In this document: one piece after another, positions 30,120 through 42,662 of the stretch
Layout of the letters: every line of letters starts with the position of its first letter
How positions within the stretch are numbered: position 1 is the stretch's first letter
Assembly: GCA_951406725.2 (NCBI GenBank)
Contig: OX597814.1
Location: 164,982,001-165,046,000 of the forward strand
Length of the DNA: 64,000 bases
Origin: Octopus vulgaris
Lineage: Eukaryota
Direction: 5' to 3'
Notes under the pieces: model-generated
Seen by the model: only the letters and a program-made list of their open reading frames with translations
Told to the model about the DNA's origin: nothing
The model's database searches: none
Program-made: the position numbers and the translations under genes

Positions 30120-30419
30120 ATACGTACATATCCACAAACATGCATACATACACATCATCAGAAGTATACTTAAAATATTCGTCCAAAACCGATTCACAAA
30201 AACCTCTTCGTTTTGGGTATGTGTATATTTGTGAACATGTGATGGTTGTATATGTACGTATAGTCATAAATGGAAATGCATACTCTTATATATATTTGCA
30301 AGTGTATCATAAATGTGTATGCTATGGTTACGTATAAACATGCATATACACGCACTTGTTAGTCTGTATATTTCCGGATACTACGATTAGTATGTGGGTC
30401 GTTTTGCGTGTTGAAATGT

Positions 30420-33400
30420 ACGCGTGATTTTCAGTCTGTTAAGAAGACCTAAATCTAAAAATGCTATATGCCCCAAGAATATTTTATATTTTAACACCAG
30501 AAAGGTTAAATGAAATACAGAAATATCCTTTCATGATGTAGACAATGCGTGTGTTGTCTTTGGTTCTTGTCAGTGTTTATAAACACGTGAATTTTACCGC
30601 TTTCTCATCTCACAAAATCTACACAGTTATACATGTATATATCTAACTTACATACGTACGCACGCATATTCATGCACACATAGAGGCATACATACAGATA
30701 TATATAAAAGAATATGTGTGTGTGGTGTGTGTGGTGTGTGTGTTTATATGTGTATGTGTTTATATATGTATGTATATATATGTATGTATGTATGGATGTA
30801 TGTATGTATGTATGTATGTATGTATGTATGTATGTATACACACACACACAAATATATATATATATATATTGTAACCATGGCGTCGAAGTCAATCACATTT
30901 GCATAGGACTCTATTCATGTTTTGGAGTAATGAATATTTTTTTTAAAATTCTATCGTAAACAGAAGTCTGGTAGAATATATACACATATTCTTTGGATAA
31001 GAGTAAAGAAACTCCTCCCGAGAGAAGATGTAGCCACCAAGCAGTGAAAATGAACTGATAAATAACATGTAGTTTGCTACTGCATACAGCATGGTAATAC
31101 CGAATAGCAAGATCAGTTACTGCAAGACAGGGAACTATTAAGACAAACGCTCCCGAGCTTCTGCTACAAATAAAGATCTTTAGCAATTTATAAAATGTTT
31201 TTTACTGAAGATTCCTCCGTCGGTTACAGCTTTACACACAGTAACAACCTCAGCGAAATTCTCTTCAAATTCCGTGATATTTGACTGGAGGCAGGCAGTC
31301 CATCTTTATGCATATTCCTCGTTGGTTAAACAATCCTTCTGCGATAGCCTACTAAATATGAACATTTAATCTGACTAAAATCCCTTACTATGTTCCTCGA
31401 GAATTTAGTAACCTTAACGTTAAAGATAAGTAGAAAATGAAAGTAACTGTACGAAGAAGGACATGACTATTGAAGAGATTGCAGTTATAAGCCAATAATA
31501 ACGCAGTTGAACTATGAAAATTTACCAAAAGTTCATATTAAGATAAATTCCTTTATACATGGTGGTGTTCGAGCATGGCCGCAGCCGCATAGCTGAAACG
31601 AATCCAATAATTCAAAAATTAAGAGTTTAAAGTGCAGAGATATAAACATACATACACACAGACACAGACAGACACACTCACACATACATACATACATACA
31701 TACATACATACATACATACATACATACATACATACATACATACATACATACATACATACATACAAGTTTTTCAGTCATATATACATGTATACGAACGTAC
31801 ATACATGTATACAAACACACATTCAAACATGCGTGCACATCTACATATATGCATACACATATATCACTTAGACTTGTACCATTTACTCTCTTTTGGAATT
31901 TCTTTTCCTTTCTCCTCTCTCACCCTCTACATCTTCTTTCTCTATTGTCCTATTATTATCCCAAATTGGAGAAAATACAATGTACATTTTTCCCCAACCA
32001 GTAATTATTGTGGATTCATCAGTCCATATTAATTATTATTATTGAATTGTTCTGATTAGTACTACTCAGCATTTTTGAACAGATACCAAAAATCGAACCC
32101 ATTATAAACAAATAAAATGCTTTCTCCTATCACGGTTGAATAAAGTGCTTAAGGTAAAATGATAGATTTAGACTCCCCTTCAGCTCAGACGACGCAACTA
32201 TATTTAATATGTATGTATTTGTATTCCATTTTATACATTTAACATTGAATTCAGGATAAACATATTTAATTATATCTTGGCGAATAGCAAAAGAAAGCAA
32301 ATCATCAATAATTTTTATACTAATTTTCTTTAAAAAAACCTGTAGTAAAATGACGTGCTTCTTTCAGTTTCGGTCTTCCAAATCCACTCACAATATTTTG
32401 AATCATGGTAAACCTGGCATCGGAAAAGAAGTCTTTGGTATTTCCATTCTCCTAGTGCTCCTAAAGCATTTACTTATACTGTTTAATGATTTACGTTCGG
32501 AGTGTAATGGTATATAGTTTGAAATTCAATGTTCTGACCAGTCATCTCATCATGATTATGAGACATGTTAAGGCGGTGCGCTGGCTGAATTGTTAGCACG
32601 CCGGGAAAAATGCCCGGCGGTATTTCGTCCGTCTTTACGTTCTGAGCTCCAGTTCCACCGAGGTCGATTCATCCTTTCGGGTTTGATAAAATAAGTACTA
32701 ACTGAGCACTGGGGTCAATGTAATTATGTTGCTTACCTCTTCCTCGAAGTTACTGGACTTGTGCCAAAATTTGAAACGATTATGAGTTATGTGGAACATA
32801 TGTATTATAGTCATGTTTTTTTTATGATAGCGTCGTGGTTGTTGTAGAGATCTGACCTTCCATGATAATGCAGACCCCCTAATCATGTAACATTACTTGC
32901 CATGAGTAAACCCATCACAGTGTATATATAGGACTAGGTTATCAAATGGTATGGTTTGAGATTTTGCTGTTATTTCTAGCAGGTCGAACGAACATTAAAA
33001 CTCACTCCGAGGCATGTTAAAATATATAAACCACGTTTTAAATACAGCAAGCCGTTTGTTGTGATAGATTTCTTTGATATATTGTTCTAGTTGAGAGATC
33101 ACGGAGAACCTCACTAGTGTAGTCTACAAGTTGCTTGCATGTTTGATGCAAAAGATGCCTGCAGCTCGGTTAACTACTTAGAAGCTCTCCTACTGGTTTG
33201 AAAATAATAAATTTTTTTTATGTAAGCTTAGATTTTAAAATATGTAGTGAGAAAAATGTCAACTGTGACGTCCATTCGTCTCCCAGTAGCATAACAGAGC
33301 TAATTTAATTGAGATCGGGTAAAAGAGCGAATCGAGGTCACCATCTTGTCAGAAACTCACACACTCTTTTCGGTCATACAAAAGAAGTGGGAAAATGAGT
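30420..33400. repeat. Old tandem segmental duplication, unit 1
   Basis: Collinear homology 30421-30620 ~ 34791-35000, 30876-31530 ~ 35312-35980 and 33030-33400 ~ 37912-38345. Confidence 0.8.
32572..32777 (+). mobile_element. SINE family A
   Basis: GGCGGTGCGCTGG head through GTGCCAAAATTTGAAAC tail. Confidence 0.82.
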
Positions 33401-33468
33401 CGTATTCCTGTTCTGATTTCTCTTTTCATTTTATCTATTATTCTGTTATCTATTTATTTATTCTTTTT

Positions 33469-33577
<109 letters not shown>

Positions 33578-33648
33578 AGAGAGAGAGAGAGAAGGAGAGA
33601 GAGAGAGAGGAGAGAGAGAAGGTTGAAGAGGTGTATATATATATAATA

Positions 33649-34219
33649 CAGTGTAATTTTAAACACACAAGGAATCCACTCGTGGGATTAAAGACGCTAG
33701 AAAGAACAGCTTGGTTCTATAACCACAAAATTAGGGATAAAATTCGACAGGAACGAAATGAAAAAATAAAAACATTTTACCATCTAGTTTCCTGGACCAA
33801 TTGATTTCTGATTTTAGTTTAGCAAGCAAATACCATTTACCCGCTAGGTGAAATCTTTCTCAACAGGTACACCTTAGATTAAATATATAAACACGAGGCG
33901 ATCAACTATGTGCCTCTTGTTTATACATCCTAATTTTTTCAAAATCTACTGCGCAGACGCAGCCCTTCGCCGGCAATAGAAAAATGCCAACTTTTAAAAA
34001 CCAAAAACCGAAAATTATCCAAAATCTTACCATACTTAATCATATCAAAGGGGAATGGAAATTAATAGAAATTTTCATTTCCAGTGGCCTAACGTGTAAA
34101 AATTTTAGTCCAAAGACTATGTATTGGTCATAAAATACAGTGTAAATTTAAACACAAAATTGGGGATAAAATTCGACAGGAACGAAATGAGTGGATTCCT
34201 TATGTGTCTCCAAATACTG
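33649..34219. mobile_element. MITE-like element with imperfect TIRs
   Basis: ACACACAAGGAATCCACTC (left) and GAGTGGATTCCTTATGTGT (right), CAGT.../...ACTG ends, internal 38-bp direct repeat at 33724 and 34153. Confidence 0.6.
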
Positions 34220-35088
34220 CACATTTACATAAATACATGCTAAAATACCATGTTGATGTTGCTGAAATTCCAATGAAGGAGCCTTGGATCTTGGTTAGAA
34301 ACCGACTTTTTCTGTATTGGAAAAAAATCTTAAAATAAAACTGAATAATAACATATATACACACACACATACATACATACATACATACATACATACATAC
34401 ATACATACATACATACATACATACATACATACATACCAACATACATACATACATGCATACATACATTACATGCATACATACATTCAGTCATAAGGCAGAC
34501 AGACATAAGCATACGCACAATTTCCCTCTAAAAGCAAAATGTTATAAACATTATATATGTATATAGTTATGTGCATGTATGTATATATGTATATATTTAT
34601 ATTTGCATATATGTGTTTAAAAGGACTAATGTTATGACAATTTTCCGTGGATAACAGTGTGTTAGTACATGAATTAAGTTATCTGTGCATAAATATGTAT
34701 GTTTGTACATGTGTATTGTGTGTGTATGTGTGTATGTGCGTGTATGTGTACGTAAATCAATATACGTGTGTGCCTGCTTGTACTTGTATGTGCGTGATTT
34801 CAGTCCGTTAAGTAGCACTAAAAAAAAAAAAAAAGAAATGTTATGTACCCCAAGTATGCGTTATGTTTTAACATCCGAAAGATTAACTAGAATATAGAAA
34901 TACCCTTTCATGATGTATACAATGTACATGCTGTCTTTGGTGTATCAGTGTTTATACATACGTGAAGTTTTGCCTCTTTCTCATCTCACATAGTTATACA
35001 TCCATGCAAACATACATAGATGCATACACACACATGCACACATACAAAAACACACACACACATATATATATATACATATATTCATATG

Positions 35089-35175
<87 letters not shown>

Positions 35176-35200
35176 ATATATATATATGTGTGTGTGTATG

Positions 35201-35260
<60 letters not shown>

Positions 35261-36203
35261 TACATATATACATATATACATATGTGCATACAGAGATTTG
35301 AAACATACATACATGGCGTCGATGTCAATCAAGACGGCATAGGTGACTATTCTTTCGTGTAATGAATATTATTCCATAAACTTTGCTTTGAATACCAGCT
35401 TAGTGAACAAAAATCTCATTATATCCTGTGTGTAAATGCACAGAAAAGCCTGTTTAGTGAATTCTGTAGCAGTAATGAAGCGGGAAAATTAAACTAGTAA
35501 ATATTATGTGGATTTCAACACATAAGATGATAGTAAAACAGTGTACTGAGACCAGCCATAGCATGTCTTGGAGTCAGTAAAAGAAATTCCTGAGGGATTT
35601 TAATTTAATTAAGATGTGTACTAATTATACAAAATATTTAGGGAAGATTTGTTGGTTAGTTACATGAAACGGATGAACAGCCAGCTAATTTTATTTCAAT
35701 GGGAAGCAATCTACGTTAGCTCAACAAAAAAGGGGCCTTCAAAAATGAAAAAAGGGAAATAATGATATCTGCTGTATAGTAGGTTCTACCAACGAGTAAA
35801 TTGCTAAAAACGTGAACGGCAGTGAAAACAACTATAACATGTTGATATTACTGCCACGAGTTTGAAGGATATATAATCATGTAACATATAGATATTACTG
35901 CCAAAACCAGAAAGAGAAAGCTGATTTTCAAGGCTAAAATCCAAGCCATCACTGGAACTGTAGAAATCTGTAAAACATTCCAGAAGTTTATCCTTTAAGT
36001 ACATATGAGTATGTCTAACCATGCAACTATATACATGAGAATACATACATAAAACAAATCTACACACATACATGCATACATACATTCATACATACATACA
36101 TACATACATACATACATACATACATACATACATACATACATACATACATACATTATTTTATATTATTTACAATTGACGGATATTTGTCTTCATCTTGTTT
36201 GTT

Positions 36204-36249
36204 AACTCACCGTTTCGGCTGAAATACCCTCCAACCTTCATCAGGTGTC
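36204..36249 (-). ncRNA. Hammerhead copy (cleavage triplet mutated)
   Basis: Minus: gacac-CTGATGA-AGGTTG..CAGCC-GAAAC-GGT-gagtt. Confidence 0.6.
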
Positions 36250-36359
36250 TTGGGGGAAATTTCGAACCTGAGTTCTCATTCCTAAGGTATTTTTCGATGT
36301 TGTTATTGTTGTTATTGTTGTTATCATCATCATCATTATTATTATTATTATCATTCAGG

Positions 36360-36430
36360 TCACTGTCTGGAATCGAACTAGGAATCTTGGTGTTAGTAGC
36401 CTGCGCTCTTAACCACTACGCCATATTCCC
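36360..36430 (-). promoter_or_regulatory. tRNA-derived Pol III head (A and B boxes)
   Basis: Minus: GGGAATATGGCGTAGTGGTTAAGAGCGC...AGTTCGATTCC; A-box at 36413-36423, B-box at 36369-36378. Confidence 0.75.
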
Positions 36431-36552
36431 GTGGGCTTATGTCTAATGTCAGCTCCAACCCGATTAGATAATACAGTTCTGTATTTAAGAGATGAGGAAT
36501 TATGTACATTATTTACAATTGACGGATATTTGTCCTCATCTTGTTTGTTGTT

Positions 36553-36598
36553 AACACAAAATTTCGTCTGATATACCCTCCAGCCTTCATCAGGTGTC
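36553..36598 (-). ncRNA. Hammerhead copy (stem III mutated)
   Basis: Minus: gacac-CTGATGA-AGGCTG..CAGAC-GAAAT-TTT-gtgtt. Confidence 0.6.
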
Positions 36599-36634
36599 TT
36601 GGGGAAATTTCGAACCTAGGTTCTCACTCCCAAA

Positions 36635-36680
36635 GACACCTGATGAAGGCTGGAATGTATATCAGCCGAAACGTTGTGTT
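36635..36680 (+). ncRNA. Minimal type-I hammerhead ribozyme (intact)
   Basis: gacac-CTGATGA-A-GGCTG gaatgtatat CAGCC-GAAAC-GTT-gtgtt; stem III reduced to the palindrome AACGTT. Confidence 0.8.
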
Positions 36681-36957
36681 AACAACAAACATAATGAGGA
36701 CAAATATCCGCCAATTGTAAATAATGTATATAATTCCTCACGTCATAAATATAGAACTGTACCCTGTTGATGTTGTTGAAATTCCAATGAAGGAGCCTTG
36801 GATCTAAGTCAGAAACTGGTTCTTTCACTATGGCAAGGAAATTTGAAATAAAACTGAATAATGACATACAAGCATACATACATACATACATACATACATA
36901 CATACATACATACATACATACATACATACATACATACATACTGCTTTTATTATGAAG

Positions 36958-37521
36958 CTAAGCAGAGACCCTCTCCTCAGTAACGTTCTATATATATATA
37001 GAGGAGCAAAACGCCCCCCGTACAATTGACGGTGTTGAGTCGTCAAACATTTAAACCAAATTTTCTCAAAACAACTTGTCCGACCGTCCCATAGGCCTCG
37101 CCTTTGAGAAACACTGATTTAACCTAAATTTGAGACACCGGCAAAAGAACAAATAATGATAGACTTTTTTCTATTCCAAAGAAAAACGATTTTATTCACA
37201 CAAATTTGTAACCGAAGAGTTTAAAGTACCAGTAATGATAAGGCTGTTGACTGGGAGAACACAAACAAGGTTTAAACAGAAAACTTGGCAGGAAAGAAAC
37301 GTGCCTTTAAGTAGTACAAAAACAACAAAAAATGGAAGGTGCAGTTATGTACAGGTTGACGGAAGAAAAGCAGGACAAAAAACGGCTTTATCGATCGCAT
37401 TCTCACCTGGAATCGATTTTTGTAATTTTTTCAAGACTTTCACACGCTCTGATACCGTCGGTATTTACATATAAAATTTGAGCGCAATCGGATGGAGGAT
37501 GCCCGAGATCCGAGAAGACAC

Positions 37522-37554
<33 letters not shown>

Positions 37555-37555
37555 A
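36958..37555 (+). mobile_element. Possible non-autonomous Helitron-like element
   Basis: AAATTTGAGCGCAATCGG followed by (GACA)n, a layout typical of invertebrate non-autonomous Helitron-like repeats; single copy here and termini unclear. Confidence 0.3.
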
Positions 37556-37587
37556 CGGGTGTGTATGTTTATATATATACATATATA

Positions 37588-37742
37588 AGGAGTGGCTGTG
37601 CGGTAAGTAGCTTGCTTACCGACCACATGGTACCGGGTTCAGTCCCACCACGTGGCACCTTGAGCAAGTGTCTTCTATAGCCTGGGGCCGACCAAAGCCT
37701 TGCGAGAGAATTTGTTAGAGGGAAACTGAAAGAAGCCTCTCG
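37588..37742 (+). mobile_element. SINE family B 5' part
   Basis: GGAGTGGCTGTGCGGTAAG head, GGTTCAGTCC, GTGGCACCTTGAGCAAGTGTCTT core. Confidence 0.82.
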
Positions 37743-37849
37743 TATATTTATATATGACTGTGTGTGTGTGTGTGCGTGTGTGTGTGTGTGTTTGTGTGTG
37801 CGTGCGTTGCGTGTGTATGTGTGGTGTGTGTTTATACATGCATACATAC

Positions 37850-37889
<40 letters not shown>

Positions 37890-38099
37890 TTATATATATA
37901 TATATATATATGCAACATTTTAAATATAGCAAAAAAAATCTGCTGTGATAGATTCGACTAATACATCATACTAATAGAGAGACATCATAGAACTTCACTA
38001 GTGTGGTCTGTAAGTTACAAGCATGTTTCATGCAAGAGATGCCTGCAGCTCGACTAACTACTTAGAAGCTCTCCTGCTGGTTTGAAAATAATTATATAT

Positions 38100-38133
<34 letters not shown>

Positions 38134-38656
38134 AGATATAGATATATATTATACATACATATATGTATAAGTAAAATATGTAGTGAGAAAAATGTCAACT
38201 GTGACGTCCATTCGTCTCCCAGTGGCATAATAGAGCTAATTTAATTGAGATCGGGTTAAAAAGCGAATCGAGGCCACCTTCTTGTCAGAAACTTACACGC
38301 TCATTTCAATCATGCAAAACAAGATAGAGAAAAAAAAAACGAGTGATGTTTCTTCTTTTGCTTGTTTGTTCTTACCCAGAAGCATTGGTAACAAAGCAGA
38401 AGGAATGCATTTCTTTTTCCATATTTTCGGTCCTTGAAGTGCAACCATACTGGTGAGTTGCTTAGAGGGTTTTAGCCAAGCTTATCGACACTACTCGTTT
38501 CAGTCAGTCTGGTTCATTATATATCGATAGTCCTCTCTTCATCAATAAGCTCTCTCTCTCTCTCTCGTCCACCCATCCATCCATATATGGATGGATGGAC
38601 AGAGAGAGAGAGAGAGAGCTTATTGATGAAGAGAGGGCTATGTATTTTTTTACATT

Positions 38657-38702
<46 letters not shown>

Positions 38703-38732
38703 CATATATAGTAGGTATGTATGTATTATATA

Positions 38733-38985
38733 GGTGGAGGGGTGTGGCTTAGTGGTTAGGGGTGTCAGCATCATGATCGTAAGATTGTGGTTTCGATTCC
38801 TGGACCGAGCGATCCGTTGTGTTCTTGAGCAAAACACTTCATTTCACGTTGCTCCAGTCCGCTCAGTTGGCAAAAATGAGTAACGCTGCGATGGACTGGC
38901 GTCCCGTCCAGCTGGGGAACACATACGCCACAGAAACCGGGAAATCGGGCCCATGAGCCTGGCTAGGCTTTAGAAAGGGCGCATT
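38733..38985 (+). mobile_element. tRNA-derived SINE with V-domain-like body (related to family C)
   Basis: A-box TGGCTTAGTGG, B-box GTTTCGATTCC, CTGCGATGGACTGGCGTCCCGTCCAG...GAAACCGGGAAA. Confidence 0.82.
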
Positions 38986-39452
38986 TATTTACTTAGTTTA
39001 TATGTATAATATATATATATATATATAAAGCGGTATTTCTATTTTCGTCAACTAAGTTTCACACTCAAGAAATTGGTAAACTCGGAACTACATTGCATAA
39101 CCCTTGCCCAAAGAAGCAACTGTTTAGGATTGAACTGGGAACTAGAAAGTCTAACTTCTTAGTTGCATTTCTAGTTCAGCAGAAACTCGAAACCGGGAAG
39201 CATATATAATATATGTTTACTAAGCCTAAAAAGCACCCGCTTCGGTACATTAGAACCACCAACCGTAGTCATTCTAAGATATGATATATTTTAATTCAAA
39301 AGACAGTTCCTGCTTATCCCTAGGGTCGTTGTACAAAAAAATAAAACTATTTTCGCTATGCCTAATATGCAACGTTAATCACTTTAACGAATTTTTTTCC
39401 TTGCTGTTTACTTTTACACACAGACACAAGACATATCTGTATAAACAAACAT

Positions 39453-39483
<31 letters not shown>

Positions 39484-40612
39484 GACACGTACACACATAG
39501 ACATGTGTGCGCGCCCACACACACACTCTCTCACACATACACATTGTACAGGCATGGCTAAGTGGTTAAAAAAGTTTGTTTCGTAACTATGAGGTCTCGG
39601 TTTTGACGTCACAGTGCATTTACTGTGGTCTTGGGTTGACCCTGGGTCTGCGACTGAATTTGAGTAGGCATAAAATGTAGGCACGTGTGATAAAGTGAAA
39701 ACGCCAATGATATACAGTGGATGTGTATGTATATGTGTGACTGTGTGTGGAGTGTAGCACCTGACTTTCGGATTGAAATATACACCAATCAGCGAAATGG
39801 AGATCATTGCATAATACCAAGAGTCTCATCCTCTCTACCTAGAGTAAGAACCCAATACTGGAATAGCATGGATTTGAAAGGCCCGCAAATTTTCAGTTTT
39901 TTTTTCTCCCACAAAAGAACTCATAAATCTCAAGGATTAGATGTAGATGTTTTCAAAGAAAACTGAGACAAATTTGAACCAGAGATAAATAAACCCATAT
40001 CATGGAACGGAACGTGAATAAGGCAGTTGTGTCCAACTCACTGATTCATCAGAACCAAATTCGGAGAGAGTACCGTAGACGTGACTGGAAAGAAACTAGC
40101 AATCACACAAGTAGCAGTACTTCAGTATGGCCAAGGTCCTGGCTAAAACAAGTAAACACACACACATATATATATACATATTTAAAAGCTCTTGTAAAAA
40201 TTAATTGATACAGTTATAATAATAAGAAATATCATATTTTTTTAAGGTTTATTAACTATTAAAAAATAATTTCTTTTATTTAACAGTGTCGCTAACCTTC
40301 GAGGAAGGAGTTTGTATATGAGGTGTATTACATGTTTGTATATAGCGTGTGTATTGTGTGTAAGCGGTTTCGTTTTTCAACTTTTCAAAGACATGCGTTC
40401 CGGGCAAATGCATAGAGAGGAAGTCGTTTTTTTTTTTTTTTCGTTTTTGTAATGGTGTTAACTGTTTCCGGTTTAGTTTCGGATTTAGTTATTTTCATAA
40501 AGTATTCCTCTTTTGTCTTTCGTAATTGATCATTTACATCTTATATTTTTTAAGCTGTTTGTTATATTTCAAATGTTGACTATTTCCAGTTTAGTTTACA
40601 CACACACACAGG

Positions 40613-40693
<81 letters not shown>

Positions 40694-40911
40694 GCACACA
40701 CACATATATATAAACACAGGTAGGGTTCTGAATATAAGCGTTCTATGCTCCTGTCATTTAATAAATTTAGCCCTCTATTTCCAACGATTTCATTACGCAT
40801 GTAATTTTTCGGCTTATATATATATATGTGTGTGTGTGTGTGTCTTTGTGTGTGTGTATGTATGTGTGTATGTGTGTGTATGTGTGTGTGTGTGTGTGTG
40901 TGTGTTGCGTA

Positions 40912-40950
<39 letters not shown>

Positions 40951-40962
40951 GTGTTGCGTATT

Positions 40963-40993
<31 letters not shown>

Positions 40994-41040
40994 TAACGAA
41001 GGCGATTAGACCACCCAATATAAAACCAAAAACGAAAATC

Positions 41041-41518
41041 TCAGTTGTCAGTGACTGAGGGCGCGGGGTAGCACCAGTATTCCTAGAAAGAAAAGTCAAA
41101 GAACATTATAACCGCAAAAGCAGAGGTTTATGCACTTACAGGGGAGATAACTGCCCCACAGTAACCGAGTTCACTATATACTACCTAGCTAGTTTCACTT
41201 AGTTCATTAGCAGTAACTGCTCGGACGCTGATGGTTAAGCTAAATCCCAGCTGTCATTATATAGCATTTACCACATGAATCAATGGCTGATTCAGCCAAA
41301 TGGTAATGTGAAAGTTAAGATAACGAAAGCGGCTAGGCGGCTAGGCGGAGTAGTCACTACCGAGAGCAAAACGAAATTAGCTAGCTAGTAGAGTGACATC
41401 GCTGGCTGTGGGGCGGTGCATAGACGTATGCTTTTTTGCGACTACAAGAGTCTTTGACTCTTGTTTCTAGCAATGTAGGTGCTACCCAGCACCCTTAGTT
41501 ACTATTAGTGACAATTGA
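41041..41518. repeat. ~480-bp imperfect palindrome (fold-back element)
   Basis: At least 8 nested complementary blocks symmetric about ~41285, e.g. GGGTAGCACC/GGTGCTACCC, AGTCAAAGA/TCTTTGACT, GCCCCACAG/CTGTGGGGC, TGGCTGA/TCAGCCA. Confidence 0.8.
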
Positions 41519-41676
41519 TTGCCTATCTATCTATCTATCTATCTAGCTACCTGTCTTTCTATCTCTCTCTGTCTCCCTTTCCCTTTCTCTCTATACACAC
41601 ACACACACACACACACATTATATATATATTTAATACATATGTATGTATATATATAATATACATGTACATATAATGC

Positions 41677-41727
<51 letters not shown>

Positions 41728-42040
41728 TATATATATTGTGATTAATTTAACCTAACCTTCAAAGCTTCTGTTGTTTTGTAAACATGGTTGCTGGTTTTTA
41801 TTTTTTATTTCGATGAAAATTGAGTCTATTTAACTCCGGATACATTTCATATATTTCTTTACTGATTTTTTCAACATTCACCCAAAATCTTGCTCCATTT
41901 GTGGATGACCCATTATGCCCCACCAGATATTGAAATTTGTATGTATGTATTTATGCGTATATATAATATATAATATAATATATATATATTTATATATATA
42001 TATATATATATATATACATTTGTATATATATATAAATATA

Positions 42041-42098
<58 letters not shown>

Positions 42099-42662
42099 TT
42101 ATATATTTATATATATATGCATACACGCCCAAATACACACATACATGCGCACGCAAAAACATACACGCACGCACACACACACGTACACCTACTTTTGTCG
42201 GTCTCTCTCTATATATAGAACTAACTATACATATATGCATGTGTTCTGTATATTTGTCTTCTTCTTTAACTGAACATCAACCCAACTCTTCATACCCCTC
42301 AACCTTAACAACTCAAGACAGAATAGACGAAATCTCATCTCTTCCCTCCATTCTTCTGACTATTATTTTCTTAACCTTTTCTCAGAAGGAGAGTCTCCAA
42401 TTTCGAGTTTCACTATTTCCGCTCCTCACATTTATATTGTCATCCCATAAATAATTTTTTCAATTGCATGAATTAAAAGTCGGAGTGGAACGGGATAAAC
42501 TATCTGCATCAACTTGCTATAAAAGTATGTAGAAATTTTACCTTGTACTTATTCTTAGCGCAAGTTTATTTGAAGTTGCTGTTATTTGAATTATTGTTGT
42601 TTTGTGCTGCTTTAGCAGCAGTTTCAAGTTGTGCTTTCTCTTGATAAAATCGAGAGATAGCT

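Larger units (their letters stand above)
36162..36865. mobile_element. Non-coding hammerhead-bearing element: partial tandem (minus) plus inverted copy (plus), with a tRNA-like head
   Basis: Direct repeats 36165-36282 and 36508-36631, tRNA-like head 36430->36360 between them, inverted repeat 36472-36600 / 36633-36761, three HHR copies. Confidence 0.8.
34790..38345. repeat. Old tandem segmental duplication, unit 2
   Basis: See unit 1; the offset grows from ~4.37 to ~4.94 kb because of different insertions. Confidence 0.8.

Noticed and set aside
31970-32030. Minus-strand CTGATGA with palindrome AATGTACATT
   Set aside because: Spacing and pairing do not fit the hammerhead topology.
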